Counted from the first letter of the stretch, positions 13,061 to 26,625 are shown. The stretch: 64,000 nucleotides of DNA from Tubulanus polymorphus (GCF_964204645.1 NC_134027.1:24638560-24702559), one strand, 5' to 3'. The notes: a model not told the origin generated them from the letters alone. A program made the numbers and translations.

Positions 13061-13447
13061 ATAACTAATTCAGTCTTGAAAATCTTAGGTCATAAACAGC
13101 ATATTCGAATGTTACTAAACTCCTAATGAAGTGGAAAATGGCATATTCTGTTTTACGAACACGTTGCCTAGCCAGGATGGGATACTAATGTTGTCCTATA
13201 ATTCTTAAAGGAATGGATATTTAACAGAAGAAAACAAAAAAAAATTGACCCGAACTTGCGAAACCTCAAAAATCTATTTTTCGGCTTTTTATAACGGCTT
13301 AACACGTGACTCTAAACCATTATTCTACTACGAGTACACATAACGTGAGCGTATTGCGTGACTATGATTGGACGATGGTGAACATATTCACATAAACTTA
13401 TCATTCTAAGGTTTAGTCGTTTTGTTTGCGTCATCTTGAACAACAAT

Positions 13448-14491
13448 ATGCCTTCTAATACAAATATCACTGATGATCTGAGCGCAATTTGTCCAATCAG
13501 AACCGTCTATGTCCACGTACACCACATATACCTACTCGGTATTGGTCCGCTATGCGTAATTGGACTGATTTTCAATTGTATCATTTTCCTGACAATCAGA
13601 CGCCGACAGGTGCGTGACACCGGTAACCAGACGAATTCCTTCCTATTGCAACTATTAGCGATTAGCGACGGTTGTTTTTTGATGATTTCATTCGTATTTT
13701 TTGTCGTGCGACATTTGTATGATCGACTTCGCTACGCAAATGAAATAATGGTCTACAAATTGGACGATACATCAATCGGTTATATTTTCTTCTTCGCTAC
13801 GATTTTTCCATATTTCTTCGCCCAACAGATCCGCAGTTGGGTCGTCGTCACAATGTCCGTCGATCGATTTCTGCACATTCGCTTCCCGTTTTGGGCTCGA
13901 AAATATGCCACGGTACAATTTTACAAAACTGTCTTCGTAGCCAACATCGTAACATCGGCTTTTGTGCATTTATTCACGGGGTACCTTACACACGGCACCG
14001 TTCTAAAACCACACCCATGTCTACAAGGACGGTCCAAGTATTTTCGAAAAATTTATAGATTTGTCAGTCAAGATTTTTTGAGATGGTATAATAGCATTTC
14101 CTATTTTGTGTTTCTGATCGGTGTTCCACTGTTAGTTTTATGCTGCGTAAACATTTTGCTGATCTCAGCAGTCCGTCGTGCCACCAAATCATCCAAGTCG
14201 CTTGCCGCAGACGGCGATTCCTCCACCGGCGAGTCCCGGGCGCAGAATCACGCAACTTTGATGGTGATCGCTGCCGTGGCTGTGTTTATATTATGTGAAA
14301 GCCCGGCTTGTGTTGACCGCGTTGCCAGTCTATTTCTTATATACGGTGATTCGTCGAATTTCGTCAATTACGCCCGTAAGGTCAGTCTATTACTTGTAAT
14401 TCTAGATTCGGTTCTGAATTTTCCGGCTTACTGTCTCATCAGCAAAAGATTTCGTAGTCACGTACGACAGTTTATAAATCTTCGACATTAG
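13448..14491 (+). CDS. Class A GPCR, FMRFamide-receptor-like, copy 2 (347 aa from ATG 13448)
   Basis: Near-identical paralog of 10846..11928 with the same 7TM motifs; C-tail ends earlier. Confidence 0.9.
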   Translation: MPSNTNITDDLSAICPIRTVYVHVHHIYLLGIGPLCVIGLIFNCIIFLTIRRRQVRDTGNQTNSFLLQLLAISDGCFLMISFVFFVVRHLYDRLRYANEIMVYKLDDTSIGYIFFFATIFPYFFAQQIRSWVVVTMSVDRFLHIRFPFWARKYATVQFYKTVFVANIVTSAFVHLFTGYLTHGTVLKPHPCLQGRSKYFRKIYRFVSQDFLRWYNSISYFVFLIGVPLLVLCCVNILLISAVRRATKSSKSLAADGDSSTGESRAQNHATLMVIAAVAVFILCESPACVDRVASLFLIYGDSSNFVNYARKVSLLLVILDSVLNFPAYCLISKRFRSHVRQFINLRH

Positions 14492-16043
14492 CCCTTTAAC
14501 CACGCCGGAATGTTCGAACACGCGGTCCGAATGAGATCTAGTTTCACAGTTATGAGTTTGAGGTAACTCTGAGCTAAAATAAGTTCGTTTTCAATAAATT
14601 TACTCCCAGAAAACTCAGAAATGCGCAGTTTTTCTTGCCTTTAGAATTCTTTGGGACGAATATCAAATTCAAACAAAGCGCGAGTTTTAGGTTTTTTCTA
14701 GACCTGGGGCTTTTCGATGGGCTTTCTATACGTTCAGCGCTCAGTTTTGTTAGTTAATACCTAATCGTTGGAGGTAAGCTTCCTTGGTCGTATGGGCTCA
14801 TCCCGAAATGTGGCGGTTTGGAAAATATCCGTGTATGATTTGCGTGCGAATGAATTCGCGAGATCGAGGTTGGTATATTCAGGCGAATTCGGCGCGCCAA
14901 TTGAGAAATTTGAGGAGGAATTCAAGGTTGTCTATGAGGCAAGCAATAATCTGGTTTTAAAGATGACTATGAAGTCTGATGTATCGCGTTGTCGCATTAG
15001 ATATTTCAAACAATGAATTCGACATTGGAGGAGACGGTTTCAGGGGAATTCGAGAGTTTCGCTTGGGACCCATGAAAATCCATTAAAGATTCAAGGATAC
15101 TACAGTTCACGCCGCTTACCTCGTATTATTTATATATAAACGGTGCTAATCATACCTGAGCAATTGTGCACTAACTTCAATTTAACAACTGTGTATCGTT
15201 AAACAGTGTTAAAGATCGTTAAGGCGGTCCATCACTTAATTCTAAAGTAAAACGAGTATGGTTTAAATCGGGAACCGGGAAAATTTCCGCTGTGATTCGA
15301 CGTAAAAACTTTCTAGAAATAAGAGTGAAATGTCAAATCTTTGCATGAGAATATATTTTATTATGCACCATTACGATTTTGATATGTATAAAATAAACGT
15401 CATTATAAATGCTACATATAACTATACGTGTATATATATTTAACAGACGACAGTGTCATCGAAACCCCATATGACGTCATCAAATGATGTGCAGTGACAG
15501 AAACTTGCGTAAGATTAGCGCAGAAAACACGTTCTCCAGGTGTGGGTTATAAATGTTTCGATCAAATCTAGAGTTTGAATTCGTTAATTTCAAATATTTC
15601 CAAGTCTATCTTCTCCATCACTGTGGAGCTGCTTCTCTGGTGACGTCATAGGAGGAATAAATGGAGGCAACAATTATATGATGATTGTCTTATTATGAGA
15701 TTACGTAATAAAGAGATTCTTATACAGGTTTTATCTTAATTTTCATCGATAAATGTAGAAAATTAACAGATATTTTTACTAATCAAATAAAACATAGTTT
15801 TTTAATTGATTAACATTATCAAAGCCATACATTCAATTCTTAAAGCAGAAACAGGGATCAGTGACTCTAGGGCAGGTCGAATTTGGCCCAGGTCAAAAAC
15901 GCTGTGTGATTCCAGCTTTTATCTTATTAGGTGAAGTCAAGGCTGATACTTACTAACGAGATATTGAGTCAAGTAAAAACATATCATTGAGATTCAAATT
16001 TTTGCAATTCAAGATTCTTTGCATAACCATCATCTTCAAGCGG

Positions 16044-19000
16044 TTATATGTAGCTATCGTCGTAGTCTTCGAGTCCCGTTCCGATTTCAGTAACCGACAA
16101 ATCCGCACCACCGTACACCGGGTTAACCCTAATATCCGGATCGACGAATGACGGATCGTGGAAAAAATCCTACAATATTGAAAGCAACCGGTTTAGAAAT
16201 AACTCTCAAACTCCTTTCAGTGCAAGTACCCTACAATGCAGTGTATAATCCACCCACCCTATATTATGCCTTCCCAGTGGTGCAGTGTATCCATGCTATT
16301 ATTGATTAGTTTAAATTGACATTGAAAAGGTGGCTGCATCTGTCAAACATTCTAAATATTATCAACTAATGATACACTGCACCTCAGTGTAGATACACAG
16401 CACCTCAGTGTAGATACAATATCAGTTTTCCTGCGATATTAACACACTGGGGTGGTATTTCCAACATTTTCAGACGATCTTTGGCATTTTAGGGTATGGA
16501 AAGCGTTGCTTCAACATCAGTCTTACCTTCATCGGGTTGTCATACATAGGATTATCAAAACCTCGACTGATATCGGCGGGCGGCGTATCCAAGGTTACGT
16601 CGACGTAGCTGACAGAGGGCGCCACGTCGTCGTCATCCTTACCGGTGAATTTACTGAACGTGATCAAATCAAAATCAATCAAAGGCTCGCCTCGCCTGAA
16701 AATAGATCAATAAATCATCAGAGTCAAATTAAACCCACACGACTGTGGTACTGTATCCAAGTTACACAATTTTTGTAAATCTACCTTCTCTTCATCAAAA
16801 TAAAGATGATAAGACAAACGATAAGCAGGATGAATATAATCGCCAGTATGATTCCGGCAATTGCTCCTTTACTCAGAGTCGGCGTTGAATTGACTGTTTT
16901 TGAAGCCGATGGGGTTGAATCCGGTTTATGTAACGGTTTCCCAGACGTATCCATCACTATAGATTTGATATTGAACTTGTGTTGTCCGTCAAGATCTGAA
17001 ACGAACGTTAATGTTCATGACTAGATATAATGAGTTTTCAAGGAGCTTTAAAGGAGAAAATTTCAAATTTCAGTAGATTTCTACTATGTCTACGACATAT
17101 ATTACGTCTGATACGCAGTGGAAAACTGTATATGAACTAATGTTGTTTTTATATCAGGGGCTCATTTGGACTAGTTTCAAGACAAAATACATGTATTATC
17201 CATTTTCAGAAGAAACCCTGATGTGATGGCCGTTTATCAGGGGTGGTATATCGGTAATTAACTGCACTTGACTCACTTAATACACGCATAGTTATCATAC
17301 ACACAGATGCGGTATTAACCTTTTCAGTGCCTTGTCACTGCAGTGCGGTGTATAACACAGCAACGACTGAGCTAGTATAACACACCACAGTGCTATGATA
17401 TAATATGTTATTAGTTTTTATCTCTTAAAATGATGTTAGCACCTAGTGAAATATACAGTCAAATAAAGTTAAATATAAGTAACTAACGATACACCGCACC
17501 TTGGTGTAGATGCACTAAAGCAGTGCCTGTTGTTAAACACACAGGGGCGGAATTATCTCTCAGCACTGGAAGGGTTAAACTTTTTTATCTTACCATTGAT
17601 CAGATAATCGTATAATTGCTTTGCGACGGTTTTCGATATTTCTCCTCCCTGATAATCGACTAGCACAACCACTAATCTGCCGTCCTTCAGTTTCGTCATA
17701 CCGGACATTATCGATTTCGCATTTTCGCCCTAAGAGAGACAAAGAAATCTTATTGCCAGCTTCATATCAATTTTCTTCAAGGATTACCCCGGTAAGCTTT
17801 GAAGTTAGCTTTTATGCGGGCATGGTATCGAAACAATCTACAGCCTGCAGCCTTGAGGCACTCAATACATTTTTTCACCATTCCAATTTTTGATTGTCTA
17901 CACTTCACATGTGCTTGGTTTTTAACTTTGACATTTTTTGCATATGTAATGAGCTGCTAACAACAGACATTTTATCAGCACACTTTCAAAAACTGATCGC
18001 CCACACTTCACATGTGTTCAGTGTTTCACCCAAGACATTTTTGATCGAAAATGAACTACAAACACCAGACATTAGAAATATCATCAGCACATTTCCAAAA
18101 ACTGATCGTCCACACTTCTGCTGATCAATCAATACCCGCATAAGTAAATGGGAATGTACGAACCTTATTCAAATAATTTTCGTGAAGCATCGCGTGAAAT
18201 TTACGCAAATTGAATCCGAGACCGAATTTCAGCTTCATTTGAACTCCTACAAAGACAGAACAAATAAACTTGAAATCCCCTGACAACCACGTTTGCAATC
18301 CAATTACATCATAGGCCAGATGAACTCGGAATTTTTCACATTTTCCGAACAACTTTTCCAAATCTTTCCGTATAATTTGCAATAACAAAATTTACGGTTA
18401 TTGATCACTATCTGGACGGATTAAAATCAAATTAAAATAAAAACTTTTCATATCATTTCTCTGCATGAGTTCCAAGCTTCAGTATATGGCAAAAAATTGG
18501 ATCCAAACATTTTTACAGTTATTTTTCTTCATTTATCTCCGCACATTGTCATGATTTCAAAAACTTCACAAATCTTTCACAATTTTTTCAGCAGAATCCA
18601 TTTTGCGCGAATTATTCCACAATTTCGCACATCAATCTGCAGACCGTTGTTACCGAGTTCTACATACCGCATTGTCTGCAACAAGCTCCCACCGATTCTA
18701 TCGGGCTGCTGCATTTCAACGCCGGGCACCGTTCGGCGTTGTGTATTTCGTCACAAATATCCGTCTGCACTTGCTGAAATTTGTGAAAACAAAAGATTCC
18801 CCGTGAATTATAGAATGAAAACCCTCTATACAGAGTCTGAAGCAGTCAGACTGCATCCACCCAGGCAGGGATTCCGACCTTTTTCGTGATTTCGCGCACC
18901 AAGACACAAAAAGCTGCAATAAAATGTAAAAAAATATCCTGCAACAAAAAGTTAGTAATTTCAGGCCATTCTACTAATCCTGAATACAGGGTTCTTACAG

Positions 19001-22000
19001 GTTTCCCAGTTTCATTTTCCATAACTTTTCCATACATTTTCAATACCCAGGTAATAAATTTTCTGCACCCCTAATTTACACATCGCCAACCTAGTACAGG
19101 CAATGTAGGCCCATTGTAAGTAGAGTCGAACCTCGTTAGTACAATGTCTGTGGGAAAATGAAAAATCATCTTACTGAATTTCGTATGATTAACCATTTGA
19201 TAAAAACAAATCCATAACTACAGTAAACGTCTTACTTGGACACGGCCAACTCGGAATTTTGACGAACACGGACAAAAATTGAATCGTTTTTTCCGACATG
19301 CTAACGTGATTTCCTATTCCTAAATTCGGACTTCGCTTACCTCGGACCAATTTTGCCGGTCCCAGTTTGTCAGAGTTTTGGTGTACTTCAATTCCATAGG
19401 TATCCGAAATTACCATGTTCTACGAAAATATGCATTACCGAGGTTTTCTGGTTGTAAGCCGAACCGTACTGACGAGGCTCGACTGTAAATAAGTACTAAT
19501 TATCGATACCAGAACCATTGACACATCCTCCCCCGGCAGGGATTCGAACCTGATGGCATCGAGATTGCCACGGCACGAAACCCTGCCATAATCGACCGAG
19601 TGCGCAGATACATGCGCAGTTCAGATGATGTGATTTTTAGCCAATCAGAAATCCTGTTTTATTTTAGCCCGGGTTTTCCCATTTATAGTTCTTCCTTGAA
19701 ATTTGCCTCAACGATTATACAACGAGCAATCTGATTGGTGCCGCCAGTTTTCGTTCGGAAAGCTGCGCATGTACCTGCACACCCGGTCTACTGATGCAGG
19801 GGTTCGTGCCGTGGCTGAGTGTAGCGATGCCATCAGGTTCGAGTCCCTGCAGAGGGAGGATGCCATTGACAAAGTACATTCATAAAGTTTCTTTTGGAAT
19901 AGGTTAGTAAGAGATTTAGCCATACAGCCTAAAATTCAAAATAGAAGGAAGATATCATTTTCAAACAATCTTCTGATTTCCCATACCATTTCTATAGCCA
20001 TAGTCACGAGAAAAAAAAAAAAATTCCATAGCATTTCCAGGGCCTGGGAAAAGAATTCCCATTTTCGAAAAAACCCGTTAGAACCACTTCAAACTCGGAC
20101 AGTCGCGAACGAATGAAACCTACCGCCGTTTGATTCTTACAGAAGCACGCCATGTTAAACATGTCGTCGCAACTCCTGTACGACGACCTCACGTAAACGC
20201 GACCGCGCGTCAAACGGAATTCTCCTTTGCCGTCGCCGACGAAATCATGGAACATCCGCGAATTATATTTCTGAAATTATACAAACGATTACTAGAACAA
20301 TATAAACACGTATACATGTATGCGTATCATGGATTGTTTGGAAAAAAAGGGTATAGAATGCTGGCTGAACTTTTAATAAAATTATAATTACACTAATTAA
20401 TTTTTTAACTGTTCAATATTTCTGTATTGTCTTAATTTCATTGTGAGCATCGTAAAGCTCTGTGTTTATTTTATAGTAAAGCGCTATTAAAGGAAATAAA
20501 TTATCATTAACCCTTTCAGTGCTAACTTATTAATACCCTATAGTGCTGGAGATAATTTGAAAATTTTTTTAAATTCCACCCTAGTGTGTTGAATAACGGG
20601 AATACCACTATAGTGCGTCTACACCCCGGCGGGGTATATCGTTAGTTACTAATATTTCACTATGTTTGACAGGTGCTGCCTTTTTTCAAGAGAGATAATT
20701 ACTAATTACTAAATATATCAATACATCGCAGTGCGGTGTACTAGCAAAATCTATCACTGATTTATACACCGCACTGCGGTGTAGACGCACTGAAAGGGTT
20801 AAAGAGATTATTATCATTAATCGGTGTGAATACCATTTTTTCAGTAGCCTGATTACTCCAAGCTCTAAGACACTGATCTATCTACCCAACAAAGAATGCA
20901 CTGTATATATCAAAACCTGTACATCTGAAGATACTAAGTATCGAATATCGTAAACCAGCTTACCTTACCGCGGATATAAACCGTTCCTAAATACCGACTG
21001 CCCGATGTCTTCGAATGAATGTCGATGAAGAACGAACTGTTTTTCGGGAATACGATATTATCGTACACGCAAGGCACGGCTTCGTACGGTAGAACGCTCT
21101 TCTCGACGCAGGCGCCACCTAGCGATTGCGTCAGACACCAATTATCCGGATTGAACAGATTTTTCGGTTCCGTCCGATTGAAGCGTATTTCTGAAGATAG
21201 AAAAATAGATTCGTTCGATGAGATATATCAGAATCACCAGGAATTCTCAACTTAGTCAAAAACCTGCTTAATCCTGGTCAGTTCAATCATGTGTAGTAGC
21301 CTAAATTAGTATATCTACAACAGCAAACTTCTGTGCCTTATAACCTGTGCCCGGTTGAACAGTCATTGCTTAGACTTAAGACCAGTCTAAGACCAACTTA
21401 GTTCTATAGCCATCTAACAATTTAAGACCAGTCTTAAGATTTAAGACCACTTTTTGACTTAAGTCATAACCGTGCAACTGGCCCCTGGGCCCAGTTGCAC
21501 GGTTGTGACTTAAGTCCAAAAAATGGTCTTAACTTGTTAGATTAACTATAGAACTAAGTTGGTCTTGGACTGGTCTTAAGTTGTTAGATTGACTACAGAA
21601 CTATATTAATCTTAGACTGGTCTTAAGTTGTTAGATTGACTGTAGAACTAAGTTGGTCTTGGACTGGTCTGTATATTCTAATTTTTCATTGCGTGCAAAC
21701 CTTTTCCGGGACACTCCGTTTTGCTGACAACCGTCCCCGGTTCTGCGAAACTCAGCGACGAGTCATTTTGTAAAACGAGTGCTCCGTCCATGGGCAGCAC
21801 CTAAAAAACAAATAAATAACACTGAATAGGCAGGACCGATCAACTAATTGAATCTCAGTTATTTCTAAGTTGATACGATAATTTTCGTTTTCTGATGATG
21901 AGGTTTAGTAGAAATTGTCGCAGCCAGCTTATTAATTCATCAATTCATACTTACTAATTCAACAACTGTCGAATAGTTCTGTATATACACAACAGGTGGC

Positions 22001-22591
22001 GCATCAATGAAATTGAGTTTGTCGTTGGCGCAAGGTAATCTTCCGGCGTCCCAGTTCAACGGATTATCAGCGTTCGTATTGTGAATCCATCGTTTCCAGG
22101 CAGCATCGCTGTATCCTGAAATAAGTTCAACTCAAAATTTAAAAGTGACAAATGAAACCTGGATTCTTGGGATGTTCTTTCTGGTCATGCTCCTTCAGTT
22201 CAGTCACCATTTTTGGCGGAATTTTCCGTCACAAATATAAGTGATTACTACAATTGTGCCCGGCCGGTGCCACCACGCCGCAGTCACAGTTTGTATCTTT
22301 AAACTTATACCACAAGAAAATGGTACAACCAATTTTTAAAATTCTTTCAGAATTCAACGGAACTTTCGATAAGCTTTCATATTATAAGCCAAGGCAAAAG
22401 GGGCAACTTGTCTGGCAGGGGTTAAAAACACAGAAAAAAAAACCTGTGTCAGCAGGTGAAGTCGTGGAAGTTAGACCGGCAAAGAAAATGGATGACAAGC
22501 AATTTTCAGCAATGCTCAACTTCAAGTCAAAATACTCACCACACTGATTGATCAGCACGAATAAAACCACATGAGAAACGTCAAACTTCAT
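16044..22591 (-). CDS. AMN: Protein amnionless (505 aa, 11 exons)
   Basis: Exons 22591-22540, 22115-21955, 21800-21701, 21190-20964, 20270-20124, 18773-18668, 18246-18164, 17729-17594, 16995-16785, 16695-16527, 16169-16044 (1518 nt). Signal peptide, KRWIHNTN..NW..RLPC, VLPMDG, VPCVYDNIVFP, VWC-like CP..C..P...GACC..C, one TM helix, cytoplasmic FDNPMY and NPVY endocytic motifs. Confidence 0.9.
17319..17574. mobile_element. piggyBac-like MITE, degenerate copy
   Basis: TTAA flanks, cc.tttcagtgc / gcactggaaggg ends; homologous to 20511-20798. Confidence 0.7.
19123..19485. mobile_element. pogo/Tigger-like (Tc1/mariner) MITE
   Basis: TIR (c/g)agtcgaacctcgttagtac / gtactgacgaggctcgactg with TA flanks. 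Confidence 0.7.
19524..19862. mobile_element. Foldback MITE with tRNA-like boxes in its arms, copy 1
   Basis: catcctcc / ggaggatg termini, ~130-bp imperfect inverted arms, TSD ccattgaca (19515-19523, 19863-19871). Second copy at 60911-61242. Confidence 0.85.
20511..20798. mobile_element. piggyBac-like MITE (~290 bp)
   Basis: TTAA TSD and ccctttcagtgc / gcactgaaaggg TIR. Full copies at 28630-28919 and 63717-63990; partial copies near 23570-23700, 27690-27890, 34390-34610, 36635-36845. Confidence 0.88.
21347..21670. mobile_element. Two abutting Harbinger-like MITEs in inverted orientation
   Basis: Junction aactggccc-ctg-ggcccagtt near 21477-21497; same family as 50909-51046. Confidence 0.75.
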
Positions 22592-23123
22592 TTTGAAACC
22601 CGGAAATACACACGCCCCAAACACCGCCGGTAGCGCTATTACTCGGTTGTGGACTTTGAATCCTCGGGGGCTCGGACTTACTTGTAGATGTTATTCAAAA
22701 TAAAGTAAATGCTTACTTAGGCAAAATGGATCCCCAAAATCGACTAAAAACCATCGAAGCAAAGCAAAAAGTACTGTGATTGTGGAAAAATAACTTAATG
22801 CGGGAATCAATGAACTGTATTTGGGGCAAATATTATTATATTGAATTTGTTCGACAAACCAGGAAGTAAATAAAAGCACGTGGTCACATGGGGGCGTTTT
22901 GTTTACAGTAATCCGCGGTACAAACTATTGCGGGCAAATTCCGATTCTTTTAAAATATCCAAAATAGATTCTCACGGGTAGCGAAGACACAATAAGGAGC
23001 TATTACTCATTCGAATACAAGAAGATGCGAGTAAATTTGTTCGTCGAAATTTGTGAGTTTGGAGAAAACATTGCGCTATAAATTGTTCCGAAACTGCGCG
23101 TGCTGGTGCGAGAACAAAACAAA
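22592..23123. promoter_or_regulatory. Bidirectional promoter region AMN/PXK
   Basis: 532 bp between divergent start codons. ETS-like ccaggaagt (22859-22867), E-boxes CACGTG (22877-22882) and CACATG (22885-22890), YY1-like aaaatggcc over the PXK ATG. Confidence 0.6.
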
Positions 23124-26100
23124 ATGGCCGTCTTCGAATCGAAAAGATCGTCGAAGACGTTAATAGACGACACGATTGCGCTGTCATGTACTATCGAAAC
23201 GGCGCAGTATGTTAAAGACCACACGGTAATGTGGATAATTACTGTTGTATCCGATCGGATTTGAATCGATGTGGATTCATTTCTGGATAAAGCGTCAATT
23301 CATTCCGTTCAGCTACTTTCGTTTTCGCGTCGTCGCAAATTCAATACACAAATTTCAATCAATATTTATTGCATGGGAATCAGACCAAGAGTGAGAGGGG
23401 TTGTGAGTAACCTGCTTTTATAATGGGGTGGTTGGTTTTACCAACATCTGAGTTAACAATTGTCAGAACAAGGGAAATGTTGAAAAAAGTAATGCTGGCA
23501 GGCGCTCGCCACTGGCTTCAAATTATTTTTCTTTCAGCATGTGTTCAGTTTCAGACTTGACTAATTAGGCCTAATACCCAAAAATGGAATAATTTGAAAA
23601 GATTCCACCCCAGTATGTTAAATAATTGGCATATAGCTTTAGTGCTATCGTTAATTACCGGTGTATCATTAGTTGCTAGTATTTCTCTATATTTGGTGCT
23701 CAGATTTCTACTAATAAATAATAATACTTAGGCCATCCGATATAGGCTTGAATTTGGAGACCCATAAACATTCGCAGTCTCTTAGTCTCACTGACAGCTG
23801 GTAGATTATGCTGTGGGTATTTTTGAATTTGGATTTTGATTTTCAATGAATTCTTCCTAGGAATATATGATAAAAGTACATCGCGGCCCGGTGACGGAGA
23901 ACTCATGGACGGTTACGAAACGATACAGCGATTTCACCGCGTTAGACTCGGTGCTACGTATCGCCGGGTACGACCTCGATCTACCCCCGAAAAAGATGTT
24001 CGGTAACATGGACCGCGAATTCATCGCCGAACGACAAATCGGTCTGCAGGTACGTGGTGGTCGGCGGAGGACTGGAAAATTCGGTCAAATGTGGCGGTCA
24101 TTTGCAATTCCAGATTTCAAACATTTACTTATTTCCATCGGCAAATGACTGGCTGATGTTATTTGTAGTAATAACCCACAATGTAAAGAAAGAAAGAACT
24201 AAATGAGCATTTAGTTTTTTCTTTAGGCTGCAGTGGGTTTTTTCTTCGAACTTAAAATCGAAGATTTAACTATACCCATCAAATTCAAAAGGGTACCGAT
24301 ATATGTTGCGATGACCAGTTATAGATTAACAGGGTTCTTAAAGATCAGGGAGATCCGGTGGTTCGAGACTTATTCATCGGGGAATTCTGACTCTTGAAAA
24401 AATTGTGAATTTGAATTTGTGGTGTCTTGTTTGTCTCGATGATGAGTGGCACAAGGAACTTCTTGTGAAGAATCAGCCCCTACTGAGGTTGTCTTAGGGC
24501 CCAATCGGGAAATTTTTGGTCAAGGGTTTTGGGAAATATGAGGGAATAGTGATCTCTGATCTGTTTATCTAGTCGGTTGTCTATAGTCTAGTTGATTCTA
24601 GTTGAAATTTCATTGAAAATGAACTTATTTTGACCATGTAGGCCTAATTAATACTGTTGAACCTGAGTTGTGATGCTGCGTTCGCAGATCTGTCAGAATT
24701 TCACTTGTTTCTATGTTATATTTTCAGGCGTATCTGAATGTTGTTTTATCGTACCCGCTGCTGGCGTCGTGTCACGCCGTGAAACGTTTCTTCGATCCAC
24801 AAAACTATACGACTAATTTCCAGGGTATGAATAGTAATTAGTCGATTGAAATGTCACTTATCGTACTCGGGATTCAGTTCCACGGTTCTCTGTTAACCTC
24901 TTAGCCCACAAGCCGCCAAAATCCCCCCTGCCCATTATTCCTCAAGTCATAATCATCCAAACTTCGCCCTGACTCATTTTTCATCTGCTAGATAAACTGG
25001 ACATCCAAAATTTTGATGGCCGACCTCATCAAAGTGTTTTTACAACAAAATAACGCTAAATAATGATGAAATTTCTGAGTGCTGTAGGGTTAAGTTCATT
25101 TTCAATGTTTTGACTCTAGCATCAAATGTTATCCAAGAACTGAGGAACTGGGTCATAAGCGATAGTATTTTTAGCTTCGTTTCATCAAATCTCCTAGTTC
25201 ACTGTTGAATTTCTTGTTTTGTAGAAACGGCCTTACAGCACGTAGCGATGATATTCCGTTCAGAACCGACGTGGGAAGTCGTCGAACCGTTGACTGATAT
25301 AGGTATTGTTTAACTCTCATTCCCCAGCGCACAAAAGGATACAATTTTAGCCGAAAATCAGAAACCTGCAGTTATAACAGGGTGGCCACATACCTGGAAA
25401 TCAGGGAAAAAGTCAAGGAATTTTCTTTTCTTTTACGAAGTCTGGGAATTTTGTAAAAGAGCTTAGAATCAGGGATAAGTCAGGGGATTATGTCGAGATT
25501 GCTAGATTGCGCATATGATCAAACATTTTCTATGTTTACATATTTGACTGTGAGTGTTAATTGATTGGATTTGTAGCGGATCAAGTCAAGGAGAGAAGAA
25601 ACAAGTCAAATAAAATTGGCCACCCTGTATAAGTTGATTGAAATTTAAAGACACTAGATCCCCTGTTTCACTCCCGGCAGTTTGGTGGGTTTGTGATGTA
25701 CAACAAATCAAATCAAATCTACCCAATCAAAATTGGACAATCCCTAATTTAAGATAACAAAAAGTAACATTGGAAACAGACTGATTTTAAGTAATGACTT
25801 AACCCAAACACAACTGTCAAACTAGATCCAGCTAAGTAATTTTTGCTTCAACTGAACTGTTTATTTAAAGCTGTTGATATTTACAACTCTGTAATTCCAG
25901 GTTGGAGATTACGAAAAACGTACTTTCTCGTCAAACAAATCGACTGCCCGAAAGCCCAACACGTTTTATCGTGGGTAAGTCAAATATTTTCCAAAACAAC
26001 AACTGATCGAATTTTAGTTTGGCGCTGATGCCAGTAGTTTTTTGAAACAATATCTTTGTAGTGCGATTACGGTCCAGACGCGTTTATTCCCGAAAAAGAA

Positions 26101-26582
26101 ATGTCTCAAATAATGAAAATACTGCCAACCATTCAGGTATCTATATGTGCATGAATTTCGAAGAAGTTGCTTCCGTTTGAAATGAAAGAGTAAACTAAGC
26201 GCCATTGCTTGCTCGGATCTCGAAGTGGAGATGGAAAAAGTTGAAAGTTTTTTTTTCGGTTCTAATTTTAGCATCCATACATTCATCCTGTGGTGTTAGC
26301 TGCCTCTACGGAATCCGGTGCATTTACTATTAGGAAATTCCACGAGAACGGAACTTTACGAGATTTGATTTGTAAAGTACGTATTTTCAAGAGTTGAATT
26401 TCTTTTTTTTTTAATATATAGCTTTATTTCAGGGAAAATTTTACAATAAGTTATTTTGCTAAAGTCAAAATTGACATTAATAGCAAAGTTATAAATATTT
26501 AACATTGAAAAACCGCTATGTAGAAAAAAAAAGAATATTACAATTATTAAGGACAAAATAATAATACCCGGTAATAATAATG

Positions 26583-26625
<43 letters not shown>

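Noticed and set aside
19800-19862. tRNA gene
   Set aside because: A- and B-box-like motifs are only about 11 nt apart, there is no anticodon arm or cloverleaf, and the sequence lies inside a TSD-flanked element.
26137-26146. U12-type donor in PXK intron 6 (GTATCT)
   Set aside because: Does not match GTATCCTT, and no TCCTTAAC branch site was seen.
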